A stretch of DNA of 64,000 bases from Eledone cirrhosa (Eukaryota). The position numbers were made by a program, and so were the translations under genes. Of the stretch, positions 25,117 to 38,900 are shown one piece after another. The number at the start of each line of letters is the position of its first letter. Position 1 is the stretch's first letter. Under the pieces are notes generated by a model. It saw only the letters and a list, made by a program, of their open reading frames with translations. It made no database searches and was not told where the DNA came from. The DNA is taken from assembly GCA_964016885.1 (NCBI GenBank), contig OZ024741.1:198462001-198526000 (forward strand), read 5' to 3'.

Positions 25117-25317
25117 CACACACACATATATATACACACATATACACGCCCACACATATATATATATTAAGAAATCCATACAATTGCGTGTGTCTGCATT
25201 ATAGTCATCTCGAAGTTTATACAGGACTATATATACACAAATCTATTCAGATGAGTGAGTGTACGTAACTGTCAAAAATTAGTTTCACTTTTCAGACCGG
25301 ACGTTTTGACGTATGCC
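24811..25317. mobile_element. MITE with about 58-bp TIRs in TA context
   Basis: GGCATACGTCAAAACG...TTTTTGACAGTTACGTAC inverted at 25261-25317; interior has expanded (TA)/(CA) repeats. Confidence 0.75.
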
Positions 25318-25804
25318 ATATATATATAGGAGGAGGGTATATATATATATATATCTATATATATATATATAGGAGGAGGGTAGTTTACTTGAAGCATTGC
25401 ATATGGTATCAAGAATTCGAAATTTGAAAGCCACGAAAATGCGGGTTTGGACGGAAAATATTTTAATCGTAAGAAACAGGGGTTGTTTTTTTACCTTAAT
25501 TTATTCATATGTCCTGATATTCCGAGATTAATATATCTTCTTCCGATGAAAATAAAGGAACTAATCCATTGTCCGATGTGGCTTGCTATACCATGATGGC
25601 CGGCCAGCATGGTATAGCATGTCACTGGAATAGTTCCAATGTAGGAATCCAACAAATTTGAAGGTCCAATTAAGAGTATATATATATAAACAAGAGTATC
25701 AATAGAAAAGTTAATTTCTTTCACAAAAAAACAAAACATATTTATTCACTTACATTTGTTTCAAAGGAGATGTGCATCCTGTAAGATGTTTGAGCACATT
25801 GAAC

Positions 25805-26038
25805 CAACTCTCTTTGTGGCGTCGCAGACAGGGCAAGGACAATTTCTTGGAGACATAAACCTACAGTTGGTCGAAGACGTCACAACTCTCTTTGTGGCGT
25901 CGCAGACAGGGCAAGGACAATTTCTTGGAGACATAAACCTACAGTTGGTCGAAGACGTCACAACTCTCTTTGTGGCGTCGCAGACAGGGCAAGGACAATT
26001 TCTTGGAGACATAAACCTACAGTTGGTCGAAGACGTCA
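25805..26038 (+). repeat. 78-bp unit x3 containing a gypsy primer-binding site
   Basis: Exact 78-nt period; nearly identical to 16296-16375. Confidence 0.9.
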
Positions 26039-26683
26039 CAATCTGGCTCATGGCCTTATATCAGAAAGTGAGGTATGGGGAGTATTGCCTTGATAACGAG
26101 CATCAGTCAGAAACTATTGTCGGTAATCCCACCTACCTTGCTCCTGCTGGAACAAGCTAGATAGCGCTCAGCCATCAGCTGCCAAAATTCATAGCTAAAG
26201 ACTTTCAAATGTTTATTCGCAAACATACAGTATATCATCAGATATATAAAATACTCACGCATACATACACACACAAATATATATCAAGGAAACAAAAATG
26301 AACAAACAAGAGGATGCAATAACTTGAAGTGTATTAGATTCACGCTTGGGAGAAGAAAAATGAATTGCATAGTCAACGTGAAGATCGAATGTTGGAATCC
26401 AACGAATATATATATATATATATATAATTATACAACGGACTTCTGCAGTTTCCAACTACCAATTTCCACTCACAAGGCATTAGTGAACTCAAGGTTATAC
26501 TACAAGATACTTGTCCAGTGTGCATGCAGCGGAATTGAACCCAGAACCTTGTAGTTGCGAAGTGAACTCCTTAACTAACACGCAGTCATGCCAACATGAA
26601 TGGACCTGTTATTTTTATCTAAAGACATTTTTTTTCCAATTCCATCCTGCCCGTCCCCTCAATCTATTTTATTTCTCATTCTT

Positions 26684-26719
26684 TCTTCTGATGAAGGACT
26701 GGCGTCCGAAACGTTAAGA
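26684..26719 (+). ncRNA. minimal hammerhead ribozyme
   Basis: TCTT CTGATGA A GGAC TGGC GTCC GAAA CGTT AAGA; AACGTT palindrome in place of stem III. Confidence 0.75.
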
Positions 26720-26838
26720 CCCTCTTCCTGCTATACCATGTGTTAACCTAATATATACCTTCCATATACTGTACTGATTGTGTTGTTATTTCTGTTTACC
26801 TTTTACATACATAAATATATATATAGAGAGAGAGATAG

Positions 26839-26896
<58 letters not shown>

Positions 26897-26897
<1 letters not shown>

Positions 26898-28651
26898 TTT
26901 ATTCTGCATCACACTTATACCATTAAGTAAAATGCTCAATGAAACATGGATATAAAGTCTATGACAAAACCATTAATCACTTGTTCTACATGGATGACCT
27001 GAAACTATTTGCAAACAATGATGAACAATTGCAAGGACTATTATCCACTGTGAAGCAGTTCAGTGATGACATTAAAATGGAGTTTGGACTAGATAAATGC
27101 GCCAAAGCAACGTTCACCAGAGGAAAGCTGCTGAAAAGTTCAGACATTAATCTTGATCAGGGGAATGTGATAAGAGTACTTGATCAAGAGGAAACTTACA
27201 AATATCTAGGTGTTTGTGAAGGAGACGGAATCAAGCACTCGACAATGAGGGAAAGGATAAGGAAGAAATGTTACCGCAGAGTAAGAGCAATCTGAAGAAC
27301 GGAATTGAATGCAAGGAATAGGATCGATGCCATAAACACGCTTACCATACCAGTAGTAACCTACAGTTACAATATCATCAACTGGTCAAGCACAGAGATC
27401 CGTAGGCTCGATACAAAAATTAGAAAATTCTTCACCATGCACTGAATGCATCACCCTAAGGCAGATATAGATAGAATATATCTCCCTAGGAAAGAAGGAC
27501 GTGGGTTAATCCAGTTAGATATTGCGTTGAAAACTGCAACAATTGGATTATCTACATATCTAAGGGAATTACATGATTGGATGATCAAACTCGTTTTGAA
27601 ACACAAAAGCATCAAAAGATCATACTCCATTACGAAAGATGCACAAAGATACAGTAATGGACTACAAATTTCAGAAGTTCCATTTACTGCTGAAATGAAA
27701 AACACAGAAAAAGCAAAGCAGGTAAAAGTAACTGCAAAGAAAGAACTGCTACAGAAACTGGCTAAGAAATGGCAAGAAAAGCCTCTGTATGGAAAATACC
27801 CAGATGTTGACCCAACAGTGGTTGGCATCCTCTGGACTGAAATCGGAGACTGAAGGACTAATTATATCAGCACAAGATCAGTGTCTGCCAACAAAAAATT
27901 ACCAAGCCAACATAATAAAAAATGGATGCAACCCATTATGCCGTGTATGTAAAAAACAACCAGAGACCATTGATCATATAATTTCAATGCGCAGTCCTAT
28001 AGCTCCAACCGAATACCTAAATAGGCACGACAGAGCTGCACAATACATACATTGGATAATGTGTAAGCATTTTGACTTGCCCCATCAAAAGAATTGGTGG
28101 GAGCATCAACCACCTCCCATACTTGAAAAAGATCACATCTCAATCTTGTGGAACTTTAGCATCCAAACAGACCGAAAAATAGATGCAAATAGACCTGATA
28201 TAATACTGAAGGACTTTAAAAAGAGGGTATGCCTGCTAATTGATATGTCCGTTCCAATAGACAAGAATGTATCTATAAAAACATTTGAAAAATTGAGCAA
28301 GTAATAGGACCTGGAGATAGAAATTGGAAAATGTGGAAATTGAGAACTAAAACAATACCAGTGGTTATAGGCGCTCTAGGAATGATACCTAAGGGGTCTA
28401 ATGATTACTTATTGCAAATCCCAGGAAACCCGCGTATAGGAGAAATACAAAAGATAGTACTAATTGGAACTGCCCATATACTAAGGAAGATTCGGTCAAT
28501 ATAAGTACATCACAAGTCTAAACACCAAAAGATGCATGTTCTTTCTTGAACATGGCAGACCTTGTTGTCTCTTGAGGTCACTGGTTGTGACTTGGTGATA
28601 ACTCGTATGAACATAAAGCAAGATAAATGCAACTGTAATAATAATAATAAT
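26897..28651 (+). mobile_element. R4/Dong-like non-LTR retrotransposon, 5'-truncated, between (TAA)n tracts
   Basis: HLFYMDDLK, YKYLG, CRVC...HI, RHD, NRPDII, IDMSVP, EKLSK; (TAA)n at 26839-26897 and 28636-28651. Confidence 0.9.
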
Positions 28652-28689
28652 ACGGATGATTTGTGATGTCTTCATTACATTTATTGAGT

Positions 28690-28774
28690 AGTGACACGCG
28701 TTTCACTATTGATCAGCTCAAGGTTTGATTTGTATCGAACTAGCCCGACTCTGGAATCAAACGCTCGTCAGACC
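28690..28774 (-). ncRNA. hammerhead motif with extended stem II
   Basis: Minus: GGT CTGACGA GC-GTTTGATT..AATCAAAC..GT GAAA CGCGT GTC ACT. Confidence 0.55.
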
Positions 28775-29423
28775 TTTATATTATTACACTCTGCTTAGTT
28801 CTACACCTCTATACTTACGGGAAACTACGCATCGAGTGTTCACTCTGGTGAGCCTACAGTAACTCGACGTTACAATCCCTATATAAGACAGTAAATAGAG
28901 AAAAATACACAATTATAGGGGATAAAATATCACCAGAGTGAAAAACATCCCAAGTTCGTCAACTGACAAAGGGAGAAAACGGTGCGAGATCTTAGCCAAA
29001 AGAGAACATAATATAGAAAGGAGAGAAATAGTAAGACAAAAAAGAATATGGACTATAGTCTAACGTGCAAAGAAGAATGACACTGAGGCATAGAAAAGGT
29101 AAGAAGGGAGAATAGAAGGCAGACCGGGCAGTGTAATAAAGGCATAACTTGTTTCTAGTTGTTTTGTTGTGTTCCAATATCCACCGGAATGAACGTTACC
29201 AACCTGAGAAACCGTAGTGATCTCCAGTGATTGGGGAGCTGGAATTGTCTGCCTTCCCATTGTCTTTGTTCCACGCCACCCTCCTATTTTATATACATGT
29301 ATATATAGTGGCCGATGGCAACTTGTTTTTTCCTTCTTTTAAGGATCTCCACCCTATTTTATAGTATGTATGCACTTGTGCACATCATCCTTTATACTTA
29401 TATATATATATATATATATATAT

Positions 29424-32400
29424 ATCATCATCATCATCATCATCAACGTTTAACGTCCGTGTTCCACGCTTGCATGGGTTTGGACGGGGGTAGTCCCACT
29501 TGAGGCAAGAGTGATTGTCTTGCTCGCATAGGACTGTCTGGCAGGTTTTCTACAGTTGGATGCCCTTCCTAACACCAACCACATTTACAGTGTGGGTCTG
29601 GGAGGTTTTTACCGTGTTGCCTACACGGCCACATTACAGCGTGGACTGTGTGTTTTTTTGTCGTGACACCTACACGATCTCATTTGTTTCGGCCTCGATG
29701 GCGCGGCACCAACATAACTTTACATAGAACGGGGTGGTGTGGATGGGGTGGGGGTGGTGGTGGTGGGACGGGGTGTATTTTGTTAGAGATGCCTACTGGC
29801 TGGAGTAGGTTTTACTATATATTTAGGTAAGGCGGGTCTTCTCTGTTACTGAGTACCGCCAAAGGTCTCGGTCCAGTGACATTGTCTTGGAGAGGTGTAA
29901 GTGTGTGATGTCGGAGTTTATCAGCTCGTCCCAGGTTTTTCTAGGTCTGCCTAGTCCGTGGCTACCGTCTATCTTTATTGCCCTGCACTTTGTTATACAG
30001 CTATCGACTTTCATGCGCATCACGTGTCCATACCAACGCAGCCTTCTCTCGAGTAAACAACATCTGATCCCTCTTATCTCTAATTTTTTCCTTAGTTCGT
30101 TTATGCTTTGCCGTTCACGTATATTACTGTTACACATCCAGCGGAGCATGCAAGCTTCGTTCCTCTCTAGTCTGCGTATATCCTCTGCACACAATGCCCA
30201 GGTCTCACTGCCATGCAGCATTGCTGTTCGTATGCAGGCATCGTACAACCTGCCTTTCATTTTAAGGGAGAACCCTTTAGCAGCTAATAGTAGTATAAGC
30301 TCTCTGAACTTTTTCCAACCAGTTCTGACTCTAGCTACAGTACTTTCAGAGCACCCTCCCCCACTGCTGATTTTATCGCCCAGGTAACGGAAGCTGTCCA
30401 CTATTTCTATAGAACCCTCTGCGCAATTGAAAGAGCTAGTATTTTGTGGGCACTTGCTGCTACTTATTGCACCAGAGCACCGGCCACATGTAAAATCTAT
30501 GTTCTTAGTTAGCTTACCTGTGATCCCACTACATCTTTTATGCACCCATACTTTGCATTTAGGACATAAAATGGAGTTTCTACCTACGCCTTTCCTACAC
30601 ACCGAGCACGACCATTTCCCAGAAGGGACCGCCGCCTTGTTTTCTTTCCTACAAACTAGTACTTTGGTCTTAGCCAGGTTAATTTTAAGTCCTTTTGACT
30701 CTAGGCCGTGCTTCCATGTTTGGAATTTCTTCTCTAGCTCGGCCATTGATTCCGCTATGAGTGTCAGGTCGTCTGCGTATAGGAGTTCCCATGGGCAGCC
30801 TGTCTTGAACTCCTCTGTTATAGCCTGAAGGGCAATAATAAATAGTAGTGGGCTGAGAACAGAGCCCTGATGGACGCCAACTTTTACGCTAAACTCTTCA
30901 CTATATTCGTTGTTAATTCTAACCTTGCTGACTGTTTCTTTATACAAGGCTTGTATAGCCCTCACAAGCCATTCGTCAACGCCTAGTTTTCTAAGAGCCC
31001 ACCAGATAATGGAGCGGGGGACTCTGTCGAAGGCTTTCTCCAAGTCGACAAAAGCTAAGTAGAGGGGTTTACCTTTAGCTAGGTACTTCTCCTGTAGTTG
31101 TCGTACTATGAAAAGAGCGTCTGTGGTACTTTTACCTGACACAAACCCGAACTGCATTTCATCTAGGTCAATTCTCTCTCTGATTAGTTGCGCTATTACT
31201 TTTTCCGTGACCTGGTCGATTAATTTAATGCCTCTATAGTTACTCCTATCTAGGGCGTCTCCTTTACCCTTATAACAGTTAACGATGATGCTGCTATGCC
31301 AGTCCTTCGGAACAACCCCATTCTGTACGACTTGGTTAACTATGCGGGTGACCATGGTGTGTCCCACATGGTGTGTCCAAGTTGACAAAAGCTAAGTAGA
31401 GGGGTTTACCTTTAGCTAGGTACTTCTCCTGTAGTTGTCGTACTATGAAAAGAGCGTCTGTGGTACTTTTGCCTGACACAAACCCGAACTGCATTTCATC
31501 TAGGTCAATTCTCTCTCTGATTAGTTGCGCTATTACTTTTTCTGTGACCTTCATGACCTGGTCGATTAATTTAATGCCTCTATAGTTACTCCTATCTAGG
31601 GCGTCTCCTTTACCCTTATAACAGTTAACGATGATGCTGCTATGCCAGTCCTTCGGAACAACCCCATTCTGTACGACTTGGTTAACTATGCGGGTGACCA
31701 TGGTGTGTCCCACATGGTGTGTCCAAGTCGACAAAAGCTAAGTAGAGGGGTTTACCTTTAGCTAGGTACTTCTCCTGTAGTTGTCGTACTATGAAAAGAG
31801 CGTCTGTGGTACTTTTGCCTGACACAAACCCGAACTGCATTTCATCTAGGTCAATTCTCTCTCTGATTAGTTGCGCTATTACTTTGGTTATTACTTTGGT
31901 TATTACCTATTACTAGGTCAATTCTCTCTCTGATTAGTTGCGCTATTACGACTTGGTTAACTATGCGGGTGACCATGGTGTGTCCCACATGGTGTGTCCA
32001 AGTCGACAAAAGCTAAGTAGAGGGGTTCACCTTTAGCTAGGTACTTCTCCTGTAGTTGTCGTACTATGAAAAGAGCGTCTGTGGTACTTTTGCCTGACAC
32101 AAACCCGAACTGCATTTCATCTAGGTCAATTCTCTCTCTGATTAGTTGCGCTATTACTTTTTCCGTGACCTTCATGACCTGGTCGATTAATTTAATGCCT
32201 CTATAGTTACTCCTATCTAGGGCGTCTCCTTTACCCTTATAACAGTTAACGATGATGCTGCTATGCCAGTCCTTCGGAACAACCCCATTCTGTACGACTT
32301 GGTTAACTATGCGGGTGACCATGGTGTGTCCCACCGTGCCAGATGCCTTCAGCATCTCAGCAACTATTTCCGAAGGCCCAGCCGCCTTACCCGTCTTCAT

Positions 32401-33490
32401 ATCCTTGATTGCCTTACTTATTATACTCCCCTCGACTAACACTGCTGGTCCCTCTATTGGGTCGATATGGGGGAGACTGTCTTTCTCCCATTTATTCTCC
32501 TCATTTAGTAGCCTTTCATAGTGACACTTCCAAGCTACCTTTTTATCAGCGTCGGTGATGGCAAGTGTGCCATCGTCGTTTAGTACACACTTCTCCCCGA
32601 CAATATCACGGTTTTCCTTGACGCATTGCCTAGCAATCCTGAACACCTCACGTTTTTGGTCATCGCGTTGTAGAACATGCTTGAACTTTCTTTCCTCAGC
32701 TTCCCTTCTTGCTAAGTACACTTGTCTCCTAGCTTCCCTCCTGGCCACTTGATAGTCTTCTCTACTTCCCCCATCCCGCCATACTTTCCAAGCCTGCTTT
32801 TTGGCCTTAATTGACCCCTCCACCTTACTGTTCCACCACCATGTTACTCTCCTCCTGCCTACAGGCCTGCTCCAGCCACAGACTTCGTCTGTCGCCAACA
32901 GCAGGTTTGCTTTCAGAAATTCCCACTCTCCCTCTATATTGTCCGACTCTAAATGTTCTTCCTTACTGTCGAAAGCATCAAGTAATATGCTTTGAAATTT
33001 ATTCCTGGCTGTGGGGTCCTTTAGCTTCCATATTTTTCTCCTGAGGATAGTCCTCTTCTGCTGTCGAGTACGTCTCGTCCTGACTATGAGGTCGCTAATT
33101 ATCAGTCTATGTTGGGAGGTGCATTCTTCATGGGGGAGGGATTTAGTGTTTACAACAGACACTCTGTCACGTCTTCTGGTAAGGATATAATCTACCTGGC
33201 TTGTGTGTTCCCCGGATCTATAGGTGATCAGGTGATTGTCACGTTTTTTGAAGTTAGTGTTACAGATAGTTAGGTTATTTGCATCACAGAATTCCAGGAT
33301 TCTGGAGCCTTCCTCATTTCTAGTACCAAACCCATAGCCTCCATGGATTTCGTCGTAGCCGTCACAATGTTGTCCAACGTGACCATTTAGGTCGCCTGCG
33401 ATAATTATATAGTCACTGTCGGATATTTGGGAGGTAGTTAGCATCAGTGTCTCATAGAATCTGTCTTTTATAGTGCCGGGCAGTCCGGAA
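29424..33490 (-). mobile_element. RTE-clade LINE (EN-RT) with (GAT)n tail and internal tandem duplications
   Basis: GDLNGHVG, NYRGIKL, FVDLEKAFDRV, GVHQGSVLSP, YADD, FRYLG; (CAT)n at 29425-29444 on the plus strand. Confidence 0.93.
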
Positions 33491-34750
33491 AAGTGGATTA
33501 AAATAAGATTTATTTCAATCATATTATACCATAAAACAGTTCAACTATACTTTATACATGCTAAACCCGTATTTTGCAGCACATTATTTATTCAAAGTAT
33601 TATTCAGGTACAATACATAAGTATATTTCAATTAATATTAAGAACATAGCAAGCAAAACATAATTTCACCTGCACAATTGCCCATACTGTGGTTTCACCA
33701 TAATTGCAAATTAACAAAGATGTCTACATATCTACACCTCATTATTGTATGAGCATCTGATGACGTCACATGGAGACTATCAATGGTATAAACATGTCAT
33801 TGAAGTGTTTATTATGCAATAAAACAATTATGTAAAAGTAACTCTATCATAACAATATTTCGTAAATGAAAACTCACATTTAATCACCACTATTTTGCTG
33901 GTGATACACTAGTCGTGTAGTGCTTTTGGACTGATTAGACCGGTTTATCCTCGCAGCATTGCAACCTAACCTTCTCGGATAAACACCAATTATCAGCATC
34001 ATATATATATATATATATATATATAATACATGGAGATACTATGAAATAGGAAACACGGAAAAAGAACTGGACATCGGTTGCTAAGAGACAACCTCTTTTT
34101 CCGCCTTTAAGGGTTTTCACCCTATTTTACAGCATCTCTGTGTATGAGCACACTACTCTTTATATTATCCGATTCCGCATTTTTAATCTGTAGAAGCTAA
34201 ATATCAAGACAAAAATGTAGTGTTCATTGCTATACAATTTTCTCTGCTGGATTGTCCTCACTTTGGAAAATGCTCAAAATATCGCCAATGACTTTGCTAG
34301 GTCCACTGTCCTGTATGTACTGACCAACAAACTATTAAGTAAGCAGAGGTACTTCACCAACCTCACCTTGGCACAATCTCCATCAGTCCATTAACAATGG
34401 ACAAACCTCAGGAAGATCTGCTGCATCACATGGGAGGACAAGATTACCAACATTCATATCCTGCAATGGGGTAACATCAAATACACCAAGTCCCACATCA
34501 TGAGAATATTGCTACGCTGGGCACGCGATGAGTCTGGGCAACAAGTGTATCTTCAAGGCTCTCGTATTTGACCAGTTGGACAAGAGGGCTTCGATTACAG
34601 GTGGAGGGAGTGTAAGGCAAGGTTTGTCATTGACTTCATCTATTATCATCTACTAACTTGAACGCTGTACCAAACTACAAAAACCTCATTAATTTCATAA
34701 TGCCCGCACTCTTTATATTAACAAATTGTACTAACCATCAACATCATCAT

Positions 34751-34959
34751 TTAACCCTTTAGCATTTAAATCAGCCGTATCCAGCCAGTGTTCTCACCTC
34801 TTTCTGTTTAAACCGGCTATAACCAGCCACTCATACTTATGTTAAGTTATTGTTCTCAAATTAAATATCAAAATCTTGTAGATTCGATATGTGAGATTAA
34901 AGTGTTTACCATGAAAATACAATAATAGTAAAAATAGAGTAATGTAAATGCTAAGTTAA
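34751..34959. mobile_element. piggyBac-like MITE
   Basis: TTAA-CCCTTTAGCATTTA ... TAAATGCTAAG-TTAA; homologous to 21740-21969. Confidence 0.7.
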
Positions 34960-35320
34960 TGTATGACTTCTCTGCTAGCAAGAGTTGGATGAGTTTTCAG
35001 ACAGAGTCAGTACTCAAATGAAACAACTGGCCTCTCAGATAGGTCAATGGACTACATCTCACTCACATTTCTGCACTATCATGGCACCAGCAGTAGGGAG
35101 ATTGTCTGACATAACTGAAGAGTCCTAAATCTTTGGCAAGTTTTATACAGATACGGTGGTCTGAGCTGTGCAGAGCAAAGTTAGTGACAAAACAGTACTC
35201 TATCAACTCAGTCAGTTGTAATTTCAATTTGTTCAAATAATTCACCTGATATCAAATCATATTTAAATACAAAGACACAAACACCTCCAATAAAATACAA
35301 GATTTTCATTATAAAAATAA

Positions 35321-35326
35321 TTTATT
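35321..35326 (-). terminator. candidate polyadenylation signal of IkB
   Basis: AATAAA on the minus strand about 560 nt after the stop, with AU-rich sequence just upstream and T/GT-rich sequence downstream. Confidence 0.5.
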
Positions 35327-35889
35327 TTACTATACAAATAAATAAATTAATAACATTGGATGTTATTCTTGAGGTAATGCTTCTTCCTTGGTAACTTTAG
35401 AAACTTCACAACGAAACTGGCTTTTCAAAACAAATTTGATGGTATTGAATTTGTTCAAAGCAAATCTGATGGTATCCAAACAATATTTGCTAAAATGTCT
35501 AGTAATTTTTAAATATTTCTTCTGAAGTCATGTGAAAAATTTGCAGACGTTACCATTCAGCAGTGCTTGATTTCAGTGTAACACACAAACAACTGTAAGC
35601 AATTAGTGATACCACACAAGTTTCATGATATTATGATTTAGTATGCTTGCATGTCTAAGCACACGTGATAGTGTGCAAGCTTGTATTATACTCCGAGCTC
35701 TACTACTTCTGATCTTCATCCTTCAACAGGGTTATTATCCTTCGCTTCAGCATGGTTTATAACTTTGTTTAAGATAGTATACTTCATGGAAGCAGCCTTT
35801 TAATGACCCAGGAGTGTTTAGCAGCTTCTCACAGCATCATATTTTAGGTAGAGTTTATTCTTACAACAGAGCTGAAAAGATGGTGTCTA

Positions 35890-35931
35890 CTACGAAGGTT
35901 GATAGCCCATATGTATATCATCAGATAGTAC
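35890..35931 (-). CDS. NFKBIA: IkB terminal exon (VLSDDIHMGYQPS*)
   Basis: Pyrimidine tract plus TTCCAG acceptor, phase 0, tandem TAG TAG; the DD-hydrophobic-G motif resembles the IkB C-terminus. Confidence 0.75.
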   Translation of the reverse strand, partial: VLSDDIHMGYQPS

Positions 35932-38900
35932 CTGGAAAATATAGAAAAGAAAAAGAAAATAAAAACATTCTAATATATCAACTGCAACAAATATAGCTTA
36001 CAAAATTATGTAAAAAATAACTGATAATTAATATTCACTTATGAAATGATATTGGTTAATGTAAAATAATTCGACATATCTTTAGCCAACATATCAGCTT
36101 GCTAAAGTGTAATTAATCTATTAAATTATTAATGAAAAAAATTTAAAGGATAAAAATATTCAAGTAGCAGTCATTATGTGTGTATACTAAAATATGTATT
36201 TATTACTTGTAATGTTCATATTTGCATGTTATGACATGCAAGATCTATTGAAACATTTTACTAAATCCCCAGAGAAAAATTTGCTTAAAATGAAAACTAG
36301 GTATACCATTTTTTTTTTTTTTCATATAAGCTCTGTTCAATGAGAAATCCTGATAAAAATTAGAGTTTTTGACTAAACTAGTGCTACAGGAGATGGGTAT
36401 GTTTCAGACACGTGTTACATAAAGAATCTATAGAACCATAATATACTAACCATTTCATCATCTGATTCATCTGAACTGCTATCTCTTTCAACTAAAGAGG
36501 CACCATTTGTTCTCAATATATTCTTCATCAGATCATTGTTTAGATCATCAGCAACAGCATATGATGTAACACCACCAAATGTTACAGCGTCAATATTTAG
36601 TTCAGGGTATTTTAAGAGATGGGAAACTAAAACTATATCATTGGATTCAACAGCATAATGGAGAATAGTACGACCACTTTTTCCATCCTGTAATAAACCA
36701 AAATAGTTCAAATATAAGAATTAAAACAAACAAAATTAATAACTTATTTACTAAGTATTAAATCAGTAACATGTGTATCATTTAACAAGGCAAATTATTG
36801 TCAAGTGCACATTGTGTGGCCTGGGCACTTTTTGTTGTGTAGCCATCATGACCAATTTACACTTATACCTCTGGATTTTTACCATAGACACACCAACACC
36901 CATACAGGAACATAGACACACCAACACCTATACAGGAACATAGACACACACAGACATGTACACCATTTCCACACACGCACAACTACGCACCTTACACTAA
37001 CCCACAACATCCATATACATACCACGCACGTGTCTACTCGCTATTTAACTTACGCTCTCACACACATACACTCACACTTCCCCACCTTCGGATTCGACAC
37101 ATTCTTATCTCGTCCTTCCCTCCGGAGTCCTCAATCCACACACACACACACAGAAACATATACACCATTCCTACACACATACTTTCTTTTCAGACACACA
37201 TACATCCACACACCTTACCTTCCACCATCCCCTCCTGGACTGAGTATTTTGCTTCCCCCTCCACCCTCTCTCCCCCTCAACCCAAACACATTATCACACC
37301 CCTGCAATCCCACCCTGGACTAAACACTCCTATCCCTTTTATTTTTTACATTTTTTTTATTTGTATTTATTTTTATATTTCTCTTCATATTGTATTCTTT
37401 GTAACTTCACTCCTTAAAACTTTCCTTACTCCCTCTCGGAGATTCTGTTCGCCTCCTATCCAAATTTTCCTGATGAAGGACTTAAGTCCGAAAAGTTGAA
37501 ACCTCTACCAAGTGTGAACCTAATACAATTGTCTGTTTTGTTCGTTCATTTTAACTATATATATATATATACATAAATATATATTTATGTTAAGCCTCTC
37601 CAGTAAAGTCTCTGCTAAGTGTCTGGCAAAGAGATGAAGGGAGATTGTCAAGTCCAAGCTAGCTGATGAACAGTGCGGTTTTTGCCCTGAACGCAGCACA
37701 GCTGGCCAAATATCACATTGTGGCAGGTCTTCAAGAAATCGTGGGAGCATTGCGAAGAAGTATATTCTTATTTGTAGACCTCTAAAAGGCATATTACCGC
37801 ATTCCTTGGGACCTGCTATGTAAGGTTGCGCAAGAGTATGGGTTCGATGGACAGCTTCTTGCTGCCCTGATGTCTCTATACGAATGTCCAAGCATTTGTA
37901 AGTGGTGTTAAATGAAAACCATTCAATGTGGGGGTCAGATTCCGCCAAGGGTGCATACTGTCACTTCTGTTCATTATTTACATGAACAGGATTGACATGT
38001 GCAGCCAGGTTGGAAGGGGTATGACTGGCGGGTGTTAAATCGGCTGGAATTTGCTAAAGGTTTATTCGTAAACATTGTATATTATCTATCCGACATACAA
38101 ACTTTACATAATAGTTTAATAAATTTATTAATAACATATCTTTACATAATTGAAAGCTTACCTGTGCATTGACATTTGCACCAGCATATAACAATAAGTT
38201 GACAATAGGATATGGTCTACGGAGAACACCTAGATGAAGACTTGTCAAACCTGAATGAAAATATAAAAATCATTTTTACATACATTTTACACTCATTAGA
38301 GAACATACTAAATTAAATGTTTTTAAATTTTGTTATTGATAGAAAAATGTTTAATCTTACAGCATGCTACAAAATTGTCTAGAATCGCCTTATTTTTGTT
38401 ATTTTTAGATTTTGAAAATGCTTTCATTCAAAAATTACCTTACTACACATTGTTAAATTTTCTGATATTTGTTTAAAAAAATAGAAATCTCTAGAAGCAA
38501 CAGCATGCAAATGATGACTCAATTATTATTAGACTTTAGAAGAATTCTTATAGCTTACCGTCATAATTATACATATTCAGTGATGTTCTTATATTCATCG
38601 CACAAAGCAATAGTTTTACACTGTCAGCGTCTCCTTCTCGACAGGCGACATGTAAAGGAGAATTGCCATTATTATCTCTTATATCTACCGAAGCTCCATT
38701 TCTGACCAACAGATCAACAATATCGTATTGTTTAGTAATAACAGCCAAATGAAGAGGTGTCTGGTAAAGGTTGTTCTGCAGGTCAAGTAAATGATGACAA
38801 GACAACAACTTCACATTTATTATGTAGTATTCTGCTAACTTTACATCACCTTCAATTATGGCCATATGCAAAACTCTGAAAATAGTATAAAAACAATAAT

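Noticed and set aside
24775-25268. YIYI/CVCV-rich ORFs here and at many other sites
   Set aside because: Translations of (TA)n and (CA)n microsatellites.
26195-26250. Minus-strand CTGATGA...hairpin...GAAA
   Set aside because: No NUH with a closing stem I.
33753-33803. Hammerhead candidate
   Set aside because: GAAA is replaced by TAAA and stem II is poor; counted only as a relic.
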